A stretch of 44,589 bases of DNA from an uncultured Bacteroidales bacterium (GTDB lineage: Bacteria > Bacteroidota > Bacteroidia > Bacteroidales > UBA932), in assembly GCA_944323295.1 (NCBI GenBank), contig CALUSD010000017.1, forward strand, positions 1 through 44,589, written 5' to 3'. The notes below the pieces were generated by a model, which saw nothing but the letters and a program-made list of their open reading frames with translations, was not told where the DNA came from and did no database searches. Made by a program: the position numbers and the translations under genes. Positions 31,133 to 40,969 of the stretch are shown here, piece after piece; position 1 is the stretch's first letter; each line of letters starts with the position of its first letter.

Positions 31133-31168
31133 ATCTGATCCTTTTAATTGTGTAAATAATGCATTAAT

Positions 31169-31227
31169 TTTGAATAATTCTAAATTATTTCATGTGCAAA
31201 GGTAATACTTTTAATCGTATTTCCAAA
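31169..31227 (-). promoter_or_regulatory. Rubrerythrin promoter with a PerR/Fur-like box
   Basis: On the minus strand, TTTG(31227-31224)-N19-TACCTTTG(31204-31197). Downstream 7-1-7 palindrome TTAGAAT-T-ATTCAAA at 31169-31183. Confidence 0.7.
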
Positions 31228-31392
31228 TTCATTTTGCAAAATTTCGTTATTTTTCAGAAAAGGAGGGATTCCCATGCTTGCGAAGATGGGAAAACTTCTT
31301 TTAATAGCATGATATTTTTTACCTTTGTGAACAAGATACTCTTAATATGTATAGCGGACTGAATATTAACACTGTAACTGAATAAAAACGGA

Positions 31393-32454
31393 ATGAGTGA
31401 TTTTGACAAATATATAAGACAAGGCGAACCTGAGAGCAAAGAAAAGGCTCAGGCATGGCAAACTGCAATCGGTCTGCAAGACGTCGATGGCCTTAAACCG
31501 TCGGAGTATTTGCTGCAAACAGCAGGCAGACACATCGAAGGTTATATTACCATTGGAGAGGTCAAGCGATTGATTGACATCTACTATCAGTCCAAAACAC
31601 TCAGAAATGACATAGAGAATGAACGGACAGAAGAAGCTGATAAAGTCTCAACAAGGATCACTGAAATATTGTCCGAAAAATCCTTCTCGTTCACGCCGGA
31701 CTATCTGATACTCATTCATAAACGACTGTTTGAAGGTTTGTTCAAACTTGCAGGAAGATTACGTGACTATGACATAACCAAGAAAGAATGGGTGCTTGAT
31801 GGAGATACCGTTTTGTATTCGAACCATCAGTTAATCCGTCAAACGCTCGAATACGACTTCGGGCAAGAAAAGGAGGTTGATTATCCGTCACTTGATGCCA
31901 ACCAAGCATTGAGGCATTTATGTAAGTTTGTTTCAGATATTTGGCAAATCCATCCTTTTGGAGAAGGGAATACACGTACCACAGCCGTGTTCACCATTAA
32001 ATACCTGCACACCTTTGGATTCATATTCGACAACAGTGTATTCCAGGAACACTCATGGTATTTCAGGAATGCATTGGTCAGAGCCAATTACAACAATTAT
32101 TCAAAGGGAATATCTGCCACAACATCATTTTTGGAACTCTTTTTCAGGAATTTGTTGTTTGGCGAAAAAAACGAGTTGCATAACCGGACAATGCATATCG
32201 CAACTATCCAAAGTGCCAATATTGACAATTCAAAGAGCCAAAATGGCACTTTGAATTGCACTTTGGATGAGATTGCCTTATTGAAATTCCTCAAAGACAA
32301 TCCTAATGCCACACAAACTGAGATTGCCGTACATATTGGCAAATCTCTCCGGACCGTCAAGCGAATGACCCCTTCTTTGATAGAACGCGGCTTGCTGGAA
32401 CGGGAAAACGGAAAAAGGAACGGGAAATGGGTCGTTAAAAAAGTAAATTTTTGA
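31393..32454 (+). CDS. Fic-domain protein with N-terminal VbhA-like helix and C-terminal winged HTH
   Basis: Fic motif HPFGEGNTR, N-terminal AIGLQDVDG and C-terminal NPNATQTEIA..GKSLRTVKR. Visibly AT-richer than the flanks. Confidence 0.9.
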   Translation: MSDFDKYIRQGEPESKEKAQAWQTAIGLQDVDGLKPSEYLLQTAGRHIEGYITIGEVKRLIDIYYQSKTLRNDIENERTEEADKVSTRITEILSEKSFSFTPDYLILIHKRLFEGLFKLAGRLRDYDITKKEWVLDGDTVLYSNHQLIRQTLEYDFGQEKEVDYPSLDANQALRHLCKFVSDIWQIHPFGEGNTRTTAVFTIKYLHTFGFIFDNSVFQEHSWYFRNALVRANYNNYSKGISATTSFLELFFRNLLFGEKNELHNRTMHIATIQSANIDNSKSQNGTLNCTLDEIALLKFLKDNPNATQTEIAVHIGKSLRTVKRMTPSLIERGLLERENGKRNGKWVVKKVNF

Positions 32455-32477
32455 ACGCAAAACCATACGAAACGATC

Positions 32478-35456
32478 ATGATACCTTTTTTGAAACAGGT
32501 GGCGGCGCATTATTACCGTGCCGGAGATATTGAAGACAGGTGTTTCATATTCCCGAACAGGCGGTCGATGGCTTTTTTTCGGAAATATCTTTCGGAAACC
32601 GTTGCCGGAGCATCGGCTTCGGGACAGGAAGTCCGGCCCCTCATTGCTCCGGCATCCTGGACCATAAATGACTTTTTATCAAAACTATACGGCTGTCCCG
32701 TATCCGACAGGGTCAGCCTTCTCCTCGAATTGTACGACAGTTACAGGAAATTGAATGCCAGGGCTGAATCTCTCGATGAATTCATATACTGGGGAGATGT
32801 CCTTTTGGCTGATTTCAATGATGTGGACAAATATTTGGCAGACCCGTCGCAGCTGTACGCCAATATTGCGGACCTGAAAGAAATCCAGGATTCATATTCC
32901 TATCTGACGGACAGGCAAAGGGAGGCTGTCATGCATTTCATACGGCATTTCAGGGATGGCAGCGGAGGTCTGACCGTGAATCTCGATTCGGATTCTCCGA
33001 ATGTGAAAGAACGTTTCCTGCATATCTGGAACATATTGTATCCCTTGTACACTGATTTCAGACAGAGACTTGCAGCCCAAGGGAAGGCTTATGAGGGAAT
33101 GGTGTACAGAAGTGTTGCCGAAAAGTTCCGGAACGGAGAGGCGGAGTCGCTTCTGCATACGGAATTCCCGCATGCGGAAGGTTTCGTTTTCGTGGGGCTG
33201 AATGCCTTGAATGAATGCGAAAAGACAGTCCTGAAAAAAATGCGCGATGCAGGGATTGCGGAATTTGTCTGGGATTATTCAGGGAAACTGATCCGTGACA
33301 GCCACAATCGCTCGTCTTTTTTCATGGAAGAAAATGTCCGGGAATTTCCGCAGGCTTTCGAGCCCGATCCGGAAGGGGTGAAAATACCGGAAATATCCGT
33401 AGTCAGCGTGCCCTCTGCAGTGGGGCAGGTAAAGCAGCTGCCATGGATTCTGCAGAATATCGCACGGGAAAGCAGCGGGGGAGACCTTTCCAAAATAGGA
33501 AGCCTCACGCCGGGCGTCTGCGAGGCCGGGGGCGACTGTGCCATCGTTCTTCCTGACGAAAGTCTGCTGATGCCCGTACTGAATACCATACCTCCGGAAA
33601 TAAACGATATCAATGTCACGATGGGCTACCCCATGTCCGGCAGCGATTTTCATGTATTCATGTCTTTAATCTGCGCCATGCAGCTCAATATGAGGAAAAA
33701 AGGCGGCAAGTATTATTTCTGGTACAGGCATGTCTGGTCGCTGTTTTCGAATCCGGTGTTCATGCAGGCTGCAGGTGAGACCGGTATTGCCGCGGCATCG
33801 AAAATAAAAGCCTCCGCGGAACTATACATTTCGCAGGAAACTCTGTCGGTTTCGGAATATTTCTCTACTGTATTCAGACCTGTCATCCCCGACAGGAATA
33901 CGGCAGACCGCAGGATCATTGAAGAATTTTCGTCGTACCTCATGGAGGTGATCGACCGTACTGCGATGTCCTTGAAAGGACTGGAAACGGAATTCGCGAA
34001 AGGGTATCATGATTGCATCGCATCCCTCGGGAGAGTCGGACTCGATATTCTTCCTCAGACTTATATCCATCTGCTGCAGCAGCTTCTTTCTTCAGTCTCG
34101 GTGCCTTTCAGAGGAGAGCCACTGAAAGGGCTGCAGATCATGGGGCCGTTGGAAACCAGGGCTTTGGACTTTACAAATATCGTGGTCCTGTCCGTAAATG
34201 AAGGCGTTTTTCCGAGACGAAACGTAAGCTCTTCTTTTATCCCTCCCGAACTGCGCAAGGGATTCGGGCTGCCTGCCTACGAGTATCAGGACGCTGTGTG
34301 GGCATATTACTTTTACAGGATGATCACACGGGCTTCGCGCGTATGGCTGCTCTGTGATTCACGCACCGAAGGAATTAAATCCGGCGAAGAGAGCCGCTAT
34401 ATCAAGCAGTTGAGGTACCATTTCAATCTGCCGTTGAAGGTATATTCCACGGGTGCCGCACTGTCCGGCTCCGTGCAGGATGTCGAGATACCCCGGACGG
34501 AGGAAGATGTGCAGTCTGTCCGGAACATGAGATTCTCGGCGACTTCCCTCCAGGCATACCTTTCATGTCCGGTCAAGTTTTACTACAGGTATGTCAGAAA
34601 GCTGAAAGCGGATGACGATATTTCGGAAAATATCGACAGCGGGATTTTCGGCCGGGTCTATCATGCCGTGATGCAGGCTGTTTATATGGGAGATGCGGCG
34701 ATGTCCCGGGACATCGATTTCAACGACAGGAAACAGGTGGAACAGCTCGGACGCGGCCAGGAAACCGTCACACGCGACTATATCCGCAAATGGCTGAAAA
34801 ACCGGAAAGGCATCAGAGACAAGGTTTTCGCCCAGATGATGAAAGAGATTCACACCTTGGAAATTCTCGGCAGGAATATCGTCGCGGGCGATGTCATGGC
34901 GCGTTATGTCATAAAGACATTGGAGCGGGACCTCGGTCTGATGGACCGGTACGGGACCGACAGTTTCAGGATATTGGGACTGGAAAAGTATTACAGAATG
35001 GATTTCAACGGCTTTACGCTCGACGGATATATCGACAGGTTGGACAGTTTCGTCCATGACGAGATCAGGGTCGTGGACTACAAGACCGGAAAGGTAGAAG
35101 ACAACGATGAAAAAATCAACGATGAAAATGCAGAGAAAGTTGCTGACGCAATATTTGCCGATGACAACTCGAAACGGCCTAAAATTGCCTTGCAACTGTA
35201 TTTGTACGATAAATTTTTACGTCAGGACAATGTTGCCGCCGGACGGCGCAATGTGGTCAACTGCATTTATTCCGTATCCCGACTTTTCAAGGAGGAGCCG
35301 AGAAATTTTGCGGTAAGCGAACGCTTTCACAGTCTGGTGGACGAAAGGCTTTCACGCTTGTTCGAACAGATGACTGACGTATCGGTGCCTTTCCGGATGG
35401 CTTCCGACAGGACTGCATGCACTTATTGCGACTTTAAAATAATTTGCGGGAGATGA
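32478..35456 (+). CDS. AddB/RexB-like PD-(D/E)XK nuclease subunit
   Basis: FPNRR, GLQIMGPLETR, SATSL..YLSCP, GYIDRLD..VVDYKTG and C-terminal CxxCxxxxxC Fe-S cysteines. Confidence 0.88.
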   Translation: MIPFLKQVAAHYYRAGDIEDRCFIFPNRRSMAFFRKYLSETVAGASASGQEVRPLIAPASWTINDFLSKLYGCPVSDRVSLLLELYDSYRKLNARAESLDEFIYWGDVLLADFNDVDKYLADPSQLYANIADLKEIQDSYSYLTDRQREAVMHFIRHFRDGSGGLTVNLDSDSPNVKERFLHIWNILYPLYTDFRQRLAAQGKAYEGMVYRSVAEKFRNGEAESLLHTEFPHAEGFVFVGLNALNECEKTVLKKMRDAGIAEFVWDYSGKLIRDSHNRSSFFMEENVREFPQAFEPDPEGVKIPEISVVSVPSAVGQVKQLPWILQNIARESSGGDLSKIGSLTPGVCEAGGDCAIVLPDESLLMPVLNTIPPEINDINVTMGYPMSGSDFHVFMSLICAMQLNMRKKGGKYYFWYRHVWSLFSNPVFMQAAGETGIAAASKIKASAELYISQETLSVSEYFSTVFRPVIPDRNTADRRIIEEFSSYLMEVIDRTAMSLKGLETEFAKGYHDCIASLGRVGLDILPQTYIHLLQQLLSSVSVPFRGEPLKGLQIMGPLETRALDFTNIVVLSVNEGVFPRRNVSSSFIPPELRKGFGLPAYEYQDAVWAYYFYRMITRASRVWLLCDSRTEGIKSGEESRYIKQLRYHFNLPLKVYSTGAALSGSVQDVEIPRTEEDVQSVRNMRFSATSLQAYLSCPVKFYYRYVRKLKADDDISENIDSGIFGRVYHAVMQAVYMGDAAMSRDIDFNDRKQVEQLGRGQETVTRDYIRKWLKNRKGIRDKVFAQMMKEIHTLEILGRNIVAGDVMARYVIKTLERDLGLMDRYGTDSFRILGLEKYYRMDFNGFTLDGYIDRLDSFVHDEIRVVDYKTGKVEDNDEKINDENAEKVADAIFADDNSKRPKIALQLYLYDKFLRQDNVAAGRRNVVNCIYSVSRLFKEEPRNFAVSERFHSLVDERLSRLFEQMTDVSVPFRMASDRTACTYCDFKIICGR

Positions 35457-38400
35457 TACAGATAATGAGGGCCTCCGCAGGGTCTGGAAAGACATTCAAC
35501 CTTGCGAGAAAATACATAACGCTGCTGCTCGGAAAGGGGGACAGGTTTGCTTACAGGCATATATTGGCAGTGACTTTTACGAACAAGGCTACCGACGAGA
35601 TGAAAAGCCGGATTCTGAAAGAGCTTCATATACTTTCGACGGCGCCGGAAAAGTCCGGCTATCTGAAATGGTTCATCCCCGGGATGTTTTCCGAAACGGA
35701 AATGGAGGGGGTAGAGGAGAAGGACATTGTCAGGGAGTTGCCAGGCATGAAAGGCAAAAAGATAACTTTGGAGCTGCTGCAGGAGGCTGCAGGCGCCATG
35801 CTGAGCAATATGCTTCATGATTACGGGGCATTTTCCGTCAGCACCATAGACAGATTCTTCCAACAGACCCTGAAGGCTTTTTCTCGCGAGATAGGACAGT
35901 TCATTTCGTACAAGGTGGAACTCGACAGGAAGGCTCTGATAGACGAAAGTGTGGACAGGATTCTGGACTCGTTGGGCCCTGACAGACCGGATTTGCTCCG
36001 CTGGCTGACCGAATGTGCCATGGAGCAGGTCGAAAAGGGCGAAAAATATAGTCTCGATTCCGAATTGAAAGAGATGGCAAGGAGACTCATGTCGGATGAA
36101 CACAGGATAATGGTGCATGAAAGCGGGATAGACGAAGCTGTCCTTTATTCGCATGACAATCTGCAGAATATCAGAAAAACATGCTTGAAGGTGATGTCCG
36201 GATTCCGCAGGCAGGTGAGTGAGGCAGCAAAGGCCGTGCTGGCCGTGCTCGATACTGCCGGAGTCCCTCCCGAAAAGTTCAGTTACAAGTTTTTGTCGAA
36301 AATTCGCGACTATGCGGATTTGGACAGGAATGCCGTGGTGAAAGCTCCTACGCCTGCCTTCATGGAAAAGGCTTCCGATCCGGAAAAATGGTTCGCCAAG
36401 GCGGCTGCCAAAACATTGCTGCCTTTGGTATATCCTGCCCTTGAAGAGTCTTTGAATACGTTCTGCCGCTGTTTCGGAGATGATTTCAGGCTGTTCAACA
36501 CTGCCGGCATACTGCTCGGACAGCTGTATGAACTCGGGGTGGCAGCCGATCTGTACAGAGAATTCGAGGCTGTCCTGAAAGAGAAGAACGTCCTCGCGCT
36601 GGATGATTCCAACGCCATACTGAAAAATATCATAGACGGGTCGGACGCCCCGTTCATATATGAAAAGACCGGGGTCAGATACGAGAATTTCCTGCTCGAC
36701 GAGTTCCAGGACACGTCCGCGATACAGTGGGAGAATTTCAAGCCGCTGATTCAGAACAGCATTGCCTGCGGACAGGAAAACCTGATAGTAGGAGATGTCA
36801 AACAGAGCATATACCGGTGGAGGGGCTCAGACTGGAGCCTTTTGGACAGCGGCATCCGCGAGGACCTGCAGGAGGTGGAAGATACCGTTTTGGACAGGAA
36901 TTTCAGGAGCTGTCGCAATATCGTCGAATTCAACAACGGCTTTTTTTCATTTGCCGCCGCGGCTCTCGATTCATTTTACGGCAGGGAGAACGGCAAGCCG
37001 ATAGCCGGGATTTATTCTGATGTGGTCCAAAGTACGGCCTCGCGAAACGATGAGCCGGGACATGTCCGCATAACTTTCTGCGACAAAAACGAAGAAACAC
37101 GGCAGGTGCTCGATACGATATCGCAGCTCAGGAGTGCAGGTGCTTCATTCGGTGACATTACGGTTCTCGTCAGAAGCAATAAAATCGGAATGGACATGGC
37201 GACGGCTTTTATAGAAAACTCCGTTCCCGTGATTACGGACGACTCCCTGAAAGTGAAATCATCCGTCATGGTCAGGCGTCTTGCTTCGCTGCTTTCGTAT
37301 GCGGACAATCCTGACGATACGGTGAACGGTTTTTTAGCCGGAAGTTTGGACGTGGAAATACCGGAGGACAGCCATTCCTTGGTGGACCTGTGCGAATTTT
37401 TCTGCCGGGCATTGAGAGAAAAGGATCCTGCAGCTTTCGATGCGGAAATCTCGTACATACAGTCTTTCGTAGACAGCGTTCTCGATTTTGCCGCGGCAAG
37501 CGGCAACAATCTTCATGATTTTCTCCGCTATTGGTCGGACTCTGCAGTAGACCCGAGCATCTGTTCTCCGGCGCATGCCGATGCCGTGCGTGTCATGACC
37601 ATTCACAAGGCCAAAGGCCTCGATGCTGGCTATGTGATTTTTCCTCAGGCTGATAAAGTGGAGATTTTCAGAAGCGGGAATTGCTGGTGCCGTCCGGAAC
37701 TGAAAGATACGGAGATGGAATCCGCTGACGGAGTGTATGACGTGAATCTGTCCGCATCTTCGGAGGATACGCTTTTCCGAAAGGATTACATGGATGAAAA
37801 GAAGAAACAGTATATCGACAATATCAATATCTTCTACGTGGCCCTGACCCGTGCTGTCAAAGGAATGCATGTCATTGCGGCACGCCCGTCCGACAATTTT
37901 CTGGATTACAAGGACAGGGAGGTGCCTCCGTACGGGAATTTCAGCAGCATCCTCTATGTTTACATGGACAGATACGGCGTGAAATCCGGCTTTACTGCCC
38001 GCAGGGATGAGGAAACCGGGGCCTTGAGCTATGAAAAGGGCGAAATGCCGGTCTTCAAGGCATCCGAAGACAAAAATATTGCCGGCATGGTCCTGCCGGC
38101 ATCGTATCGTTCATGGCCGTTGAATCCTCCGTCTCAGGATGGCTCTACGGTGCATGCCCGATTGTCATTCAGCGGAGATGCTGCTGATTTCTTCCATGGC
38201 GGAACAGGAAGCCCTGCCAGGATAAAGGGTATCGTCCTGCATCAGATCCTGTCCGGAATAAATACGGCTGCGGATATTTCAAAGGCTGTTTCTGATGCCG
38301 TGGCGGCGGGGTTGATAGGCGGTGATGACGCCGTGCAGACCGAAGACTTCTTCCGTGCCAAAATAGCTTCGGTATCGGGAAGAGGATGGTTTGCTGCGGA

Positions 38401-38641
38401 TGTGCGGCGGATATACAACGAGGCTTCCATCATAGACACCGACGGTGAAATCTACCGCCCGGACAGGGTCGAACTCCATCCCGACGGAAAGGTGCTCATC
38501 ATAGACTACAAGTTCGGCTCTCCGGAGAAGTCGTACCTTCGCCAGATTTCAAATTACGCTTCCCTGTGGCGTCGCAAAGGCTGTACCGACGTTTCCGCCT
38601 GCCTGTGGTACGTTCTCTCCGACGAAATTGTCGAAGCCTGA
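35453..38641 (+). CDS. AddA/RexA-like UvrD helicase-nuclease
   Basis: ASAGSGKT, TFTNKA, DEFQD, VGDVKQSIYRWRG, TIHKAKG, YVALTRA and RPDR..IDYK. ATGA overlap with the upstream gene. Confidence 0.9.
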   Translation: MIQIMRASAGSGKTFNLARKYITLLLGKGDRFAYRHILAVTFTNKATDEMKSRILKELHILSTAPEKSGYLKWFIPGMFSETEMEGVEEKDIVRELPGMKGKKITLELLQEAAGAMLSNMLHDYGAFSVSTIDRFFQQTLKAFSREIGQFISYKVELDRKALIDESVDRILDSLGPDRPDLLRWLTECAMEQVEKGEKYSLDSELKEMARRLMSDEHRIMVHESGIDEAVLYSHDNLQNIRKTCLKVMSGFRRQVSEAAKAVLAVLDTAGVPPEKFSYKFLSKIRDYADLDRNAVVKAPTPAFMEKASDPEKWFAKAAAKTLLPLVYPALEESLNTFCRCFGDDFRLFNTAGILLGQLYELGVAADLYREFEAVLKEKNVLALDDSNAILKNIIDGSDAPFIYEKTGVRYENFLLDEFQDTSAIQWENFKPLIQNSIACGQENLIVGDVKQSIYRWRGSDWSLLDSGIREDLQEVEDTVLDRNFRSCRNIVEFNNGFFSFAAAALDSFYGRENGKPIAGIYSDVVQSTASRNDEPGHVRITFCDKNEETRQVLDTISQLRSAGASFGDITVLVRSNKIGMDMATAFIENSVPVITDDSLKVKSSVMVRRLASLLSYADNPDDTVNGFLAGSLDVEIPEDSHSLVDLCEFFCRALREKDPAAFDAEISYIQSFVDSVLDFAAASGNNLHDFLRYWSDSAVDPSICSPAHADAVRVMTIHKAKGLDAGYVIFPQADKVEIFRSGNCWCRPELKDTEMESADGVYDVNLSASSEDTLFRKDYMDEKKKQYIDNINIFYVALTRAVKGMHVIAARPSDNFLDYKDREVPPYGNFSSILYVYMDRYGVKSGFTARRDEETGALSYEKGEMPVFKASEDKNIAGMVLPASYRSWPLNPPSQDGSTVHARLSFSGDAADFFHGGTGSPARIKGIVLHQILSGINTAADISKAVSDAVAAGLIGGDDAVQTEDFFRAKIASVSGRGWFAADVRRIYNEASIIDTDGEIYRPDRVELHPDGKVLIIDYKFGSPEKSYLRQISNYASLWRRKGCTDVSACLWYVLSDEIVEA

Positions 38642-38648
38642 ACGCAGG

Positions 38649-39956
38649 TTATATGCTGAAATTATGATAATGCGGACCGAACCGTTCGAATGCGGCGCGG
38701 TCGAGGGCTTCCCTGTCGTCCGGATGCGCTATGCCTATGAGCATTTTGGCGCGTTCCTGCATGGACCGGCCATAGAGGTCGACTGCACCGTATTCGGTTA
38801 CTACCCAGTGCATGTGGGCGCGGGAAGTCACTACGCCGGCACCTTCGGCTACGACCGGTGCTATCTTGCTGACGCCCTTTTTCGTACGGGACGGCATGGC
38901 GATGATGGCCTTGCCGCCGCGCGACAGTGAAGCCCCGTACACGAAATCTATCTGACCGCCTACCCCGGAGTAGAATTTCGTCCCGATGGAATCGGCGCAT
39001 ACCTGTCCCGTGAGGTCTATCTGAACGGCGGAGTTGATGGCTACCATGTCCGGATTCTGCGAGATGATGTGCGGATCGTTGGTGTAGCCGACATCCATCA
39101 TGGATACCATAGGGTTGTCATCGATGAAGTTATAGCAGTCTTGAGAGCCGAGCAGGAACGTGGCGACGATTTTGCCTTTGTCGGTCACCTTCCGTGTCCC
39201 GTCTATCACTCCCTTGTCTACAAGATCGAGCACGCCGTCGGCAAACATTTCCGTGTGTATGCCGAGATGCTTGTGCCCTCCGAGCTGGGCTAAGACTGCA
39301 TTAGGGATGGCTCCGATTCCCATCTGCAGACATGAACCGTCTTCGATGAGTTCCGCGCAGTTTTTTCCTATGGCTGTTTCTATTTCGTCAGGCTGAGTGA
39401 AATGACCTGGAACGAGAGGCGTATCATCCTCCACGAACATGTCTATCATGTCCATCGGAATCATGGCCTGTCCCCAGGCTCTCGGCACGTTTTTGTTGAC
39501 TACGGCGATGACTGTTTTCGCACATTCGATGGCTGCCAGAGTGGCATCCACGGAGGTCCCCAATGATACGTATCCGTGTTTGTCCGGAGGGCAGACCTGA
39601 ATCATGGCCACATCGCAAGGCAGGGCGCCGCACCTGTACAGTTTCTGAGTCTCGCCGAGAAATACCGGAATATAGTCCGAATAGCCTTCCTGCACGCTCT
39701 TGCGTACATTAGCTCCTATGAAAAAACCCTGGTGGAAAAAAATCCCTTCGAATTTCGGGTCGGAATAGGGGGCCGGCCCCTCCGTATGGAGATGATGGAT
39801 TTTCACATTTCTGAGTTCGCCCGCTTCTCCTCTGCGGCACATCGCCTCGATAAGCAGTCTCGGAGCGCTTGCAACGCTGCTCAAATGCACATGGTCTCCT
39901 GATTTGATCACTTTTACCGCTTCGTCGGCACTGACATAATGAATTTCCTTTTTCAT
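38649..39956 (-). CDS. Acetyl-CoA hydrolase/transferase family (4-hydroxybutyrate CoA-transferase-like)
   Basis: LQMGIGAIP, HTEM, SGVGGQIDF, VVTEYG and IAHPD. Confidence 0.92.
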   Translation of the reverse strand: MKKEIHYVSADEAVKVIKSGDHVHLSSVASAPRLLIEAMCRRGEAGELRNVKIHHLHTEGPAPYSDPKFEGIFFHQGFFIGANVRKSVQEGYSDYIPVFLGETQKLYRCGALPCDVAMIQVCPPDKHGYVSLGTSVDATLAAIECAKTVIAVVNKNVPRAWGQAMIPMDMIDMFVEDDTPLVPGHFTQPDEIETAIGKNCAELIEDGSCLQMGIGAIPNAVLAQLGGHKHLGIHTEMFADGVLDLVDKGVIDGTRKVTDKGKIVATFLLGSQDCYNFIDDNPMVSMMDVGYTNDPHIISQNPDMVAINSAVQIDLTGQVCADSIGTKFYSGVGGQIDFVYGASLSRGGKAIIAMPSRTKKGVSKIAPVVAEGAGVVTSRAHMHWVVTEYGAVDLYGRSMQERAKMLIGIAHPDDREALDRAAFERFGPHYHNFSI

Positions 39957-40008
39957 AAACATATCTGGGGATTACAGTTCGTTGCGGGCGGCCCGGAAAG
40001 GCGCTTTA

Positions 40009-40035
40009 CTTGAAATTCCGCCTTTGTGTCACCCT
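40009..40035 (-). repeat. Fragment of the palindromic element (one arm)
   Basis: CTTGAAATTCCGCCTTTGTGTCACCCT versus copy 2 CTTGAAATTCCGCCTTTGGGGTCACCCT. Confidence 0.75.
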
Positions 40036-40142
40036 TATATTTGTCACAAAACCTACAAATGTAATATTTTTGACATTTTATTCCTATTTTTGCGCGGAAA
40101 ATCAGCTGTGGTTATAAAACGGATTCTATAAATTTTGCGGAT

Positions 40143-40961
40143 ATGAAAACACGACAGGAAAAATTGGAAGCATTCGGACGGATTCTCGACATTTTGGATG
40201 AACTGAGGGTGAAATGCCCGTGGGACAGGGCCCAGACTACGGAATCCCTGAGACCTCAGACCATAGAGGAGACGTACGAACTCAGCGATGCCATCCTGAA
40301 AAAAGACGATGCCAATATCTCCAAGGAACTCGGAGACGTCCTCCTGCACGTCCTCTTCTATGCCAAGATAGGGGAAGAGAACGGTACATACGATATCGTG
40401 GACGTCATCAACCATTTGTGCGACAAGCTGATATATCGTCATCCGCATGTATTCTCCTCTGTGCAGGTCGCTGATGCCGCAGAGGTCGTAAAGAATTGGG
40501 AACAGCTGAAAATCAAGGAAAAGGACGGAAATAAAAGAGTGCTTTCCGGAGTTCCGGAAACGCTGCCTCCGTTGTTGAAGGCATACAGGATGCAGGACAA
40601 GGCGCGCGGCGTGGGCTTCGACTGGGAAGAGAAATCCGATGTATGGGACAAGGTAGGAGAAGAGCTCGGCGAGTTCAGGACGGAGCTGCAGGAAATGGAA
40701 TCGGCGGATTCCGAGCAGGACAGGAAAGCGGCATACGACAGGGCTGAAGGCGAACTCGGTGATTATCTTTTCGCTGTCGTGAATGCGGCCCGGCTCTACG
40801 GGCTGAATCCCGACACAGCCTTGGAGCGTACCTGCCATAAATTCCGTCAGAGGTTTACATATCTCGAGGAGCATACCATCAGGCAGGGTCGCAATCTGAA
40901 AGACATGTCGCTCGCCGAAATGGATGCGATATGGGATGAAGCCAAGTCAAAAGGCCTGTAA
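40143..40961 (+). CDS. mazG: Nucleoside triphosphate pyrophosphohydrolase
   Basis: CPWD..QT, EETYE, ELGD, KLIYRHPHVF and GFDW. Confidence 0.95.
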   Translation: MKTRQEKLEAFGRILDILDELRVKCPWDRAQTTESLRPQTIEETYELSDAILKKDDANISKELGDVLLHVLFYAKIGEENGTYDIVDVINHLCDKLIYRHPHVFSSVQVADAAEVVKNWEQLKIKEKDGNKRVLSGVPETLPPLLKAYRMQDKARGVGFDWEEKSDVWDKVGEELGEFRTELQEMESADSEQDRKAAYDRAEGELGDYLFAVVNAARLYGLNPDTALERTCHKFRQRFTYLEEHTIRQGRNLKDMSLAEMDAIWDEAKSKGL

Positions 40962-40969
40962 GGTTGACC

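Noticed and set aside
32478-38641. Nuclease plus helicase pair as a novel defence or Cas4-type system
   Set aside because: Motifs, sizes, Fe-S cysteines and the ATGA coupling fit the ordinary Bacteroidota AddAB-like repair complex, with host-like composition.
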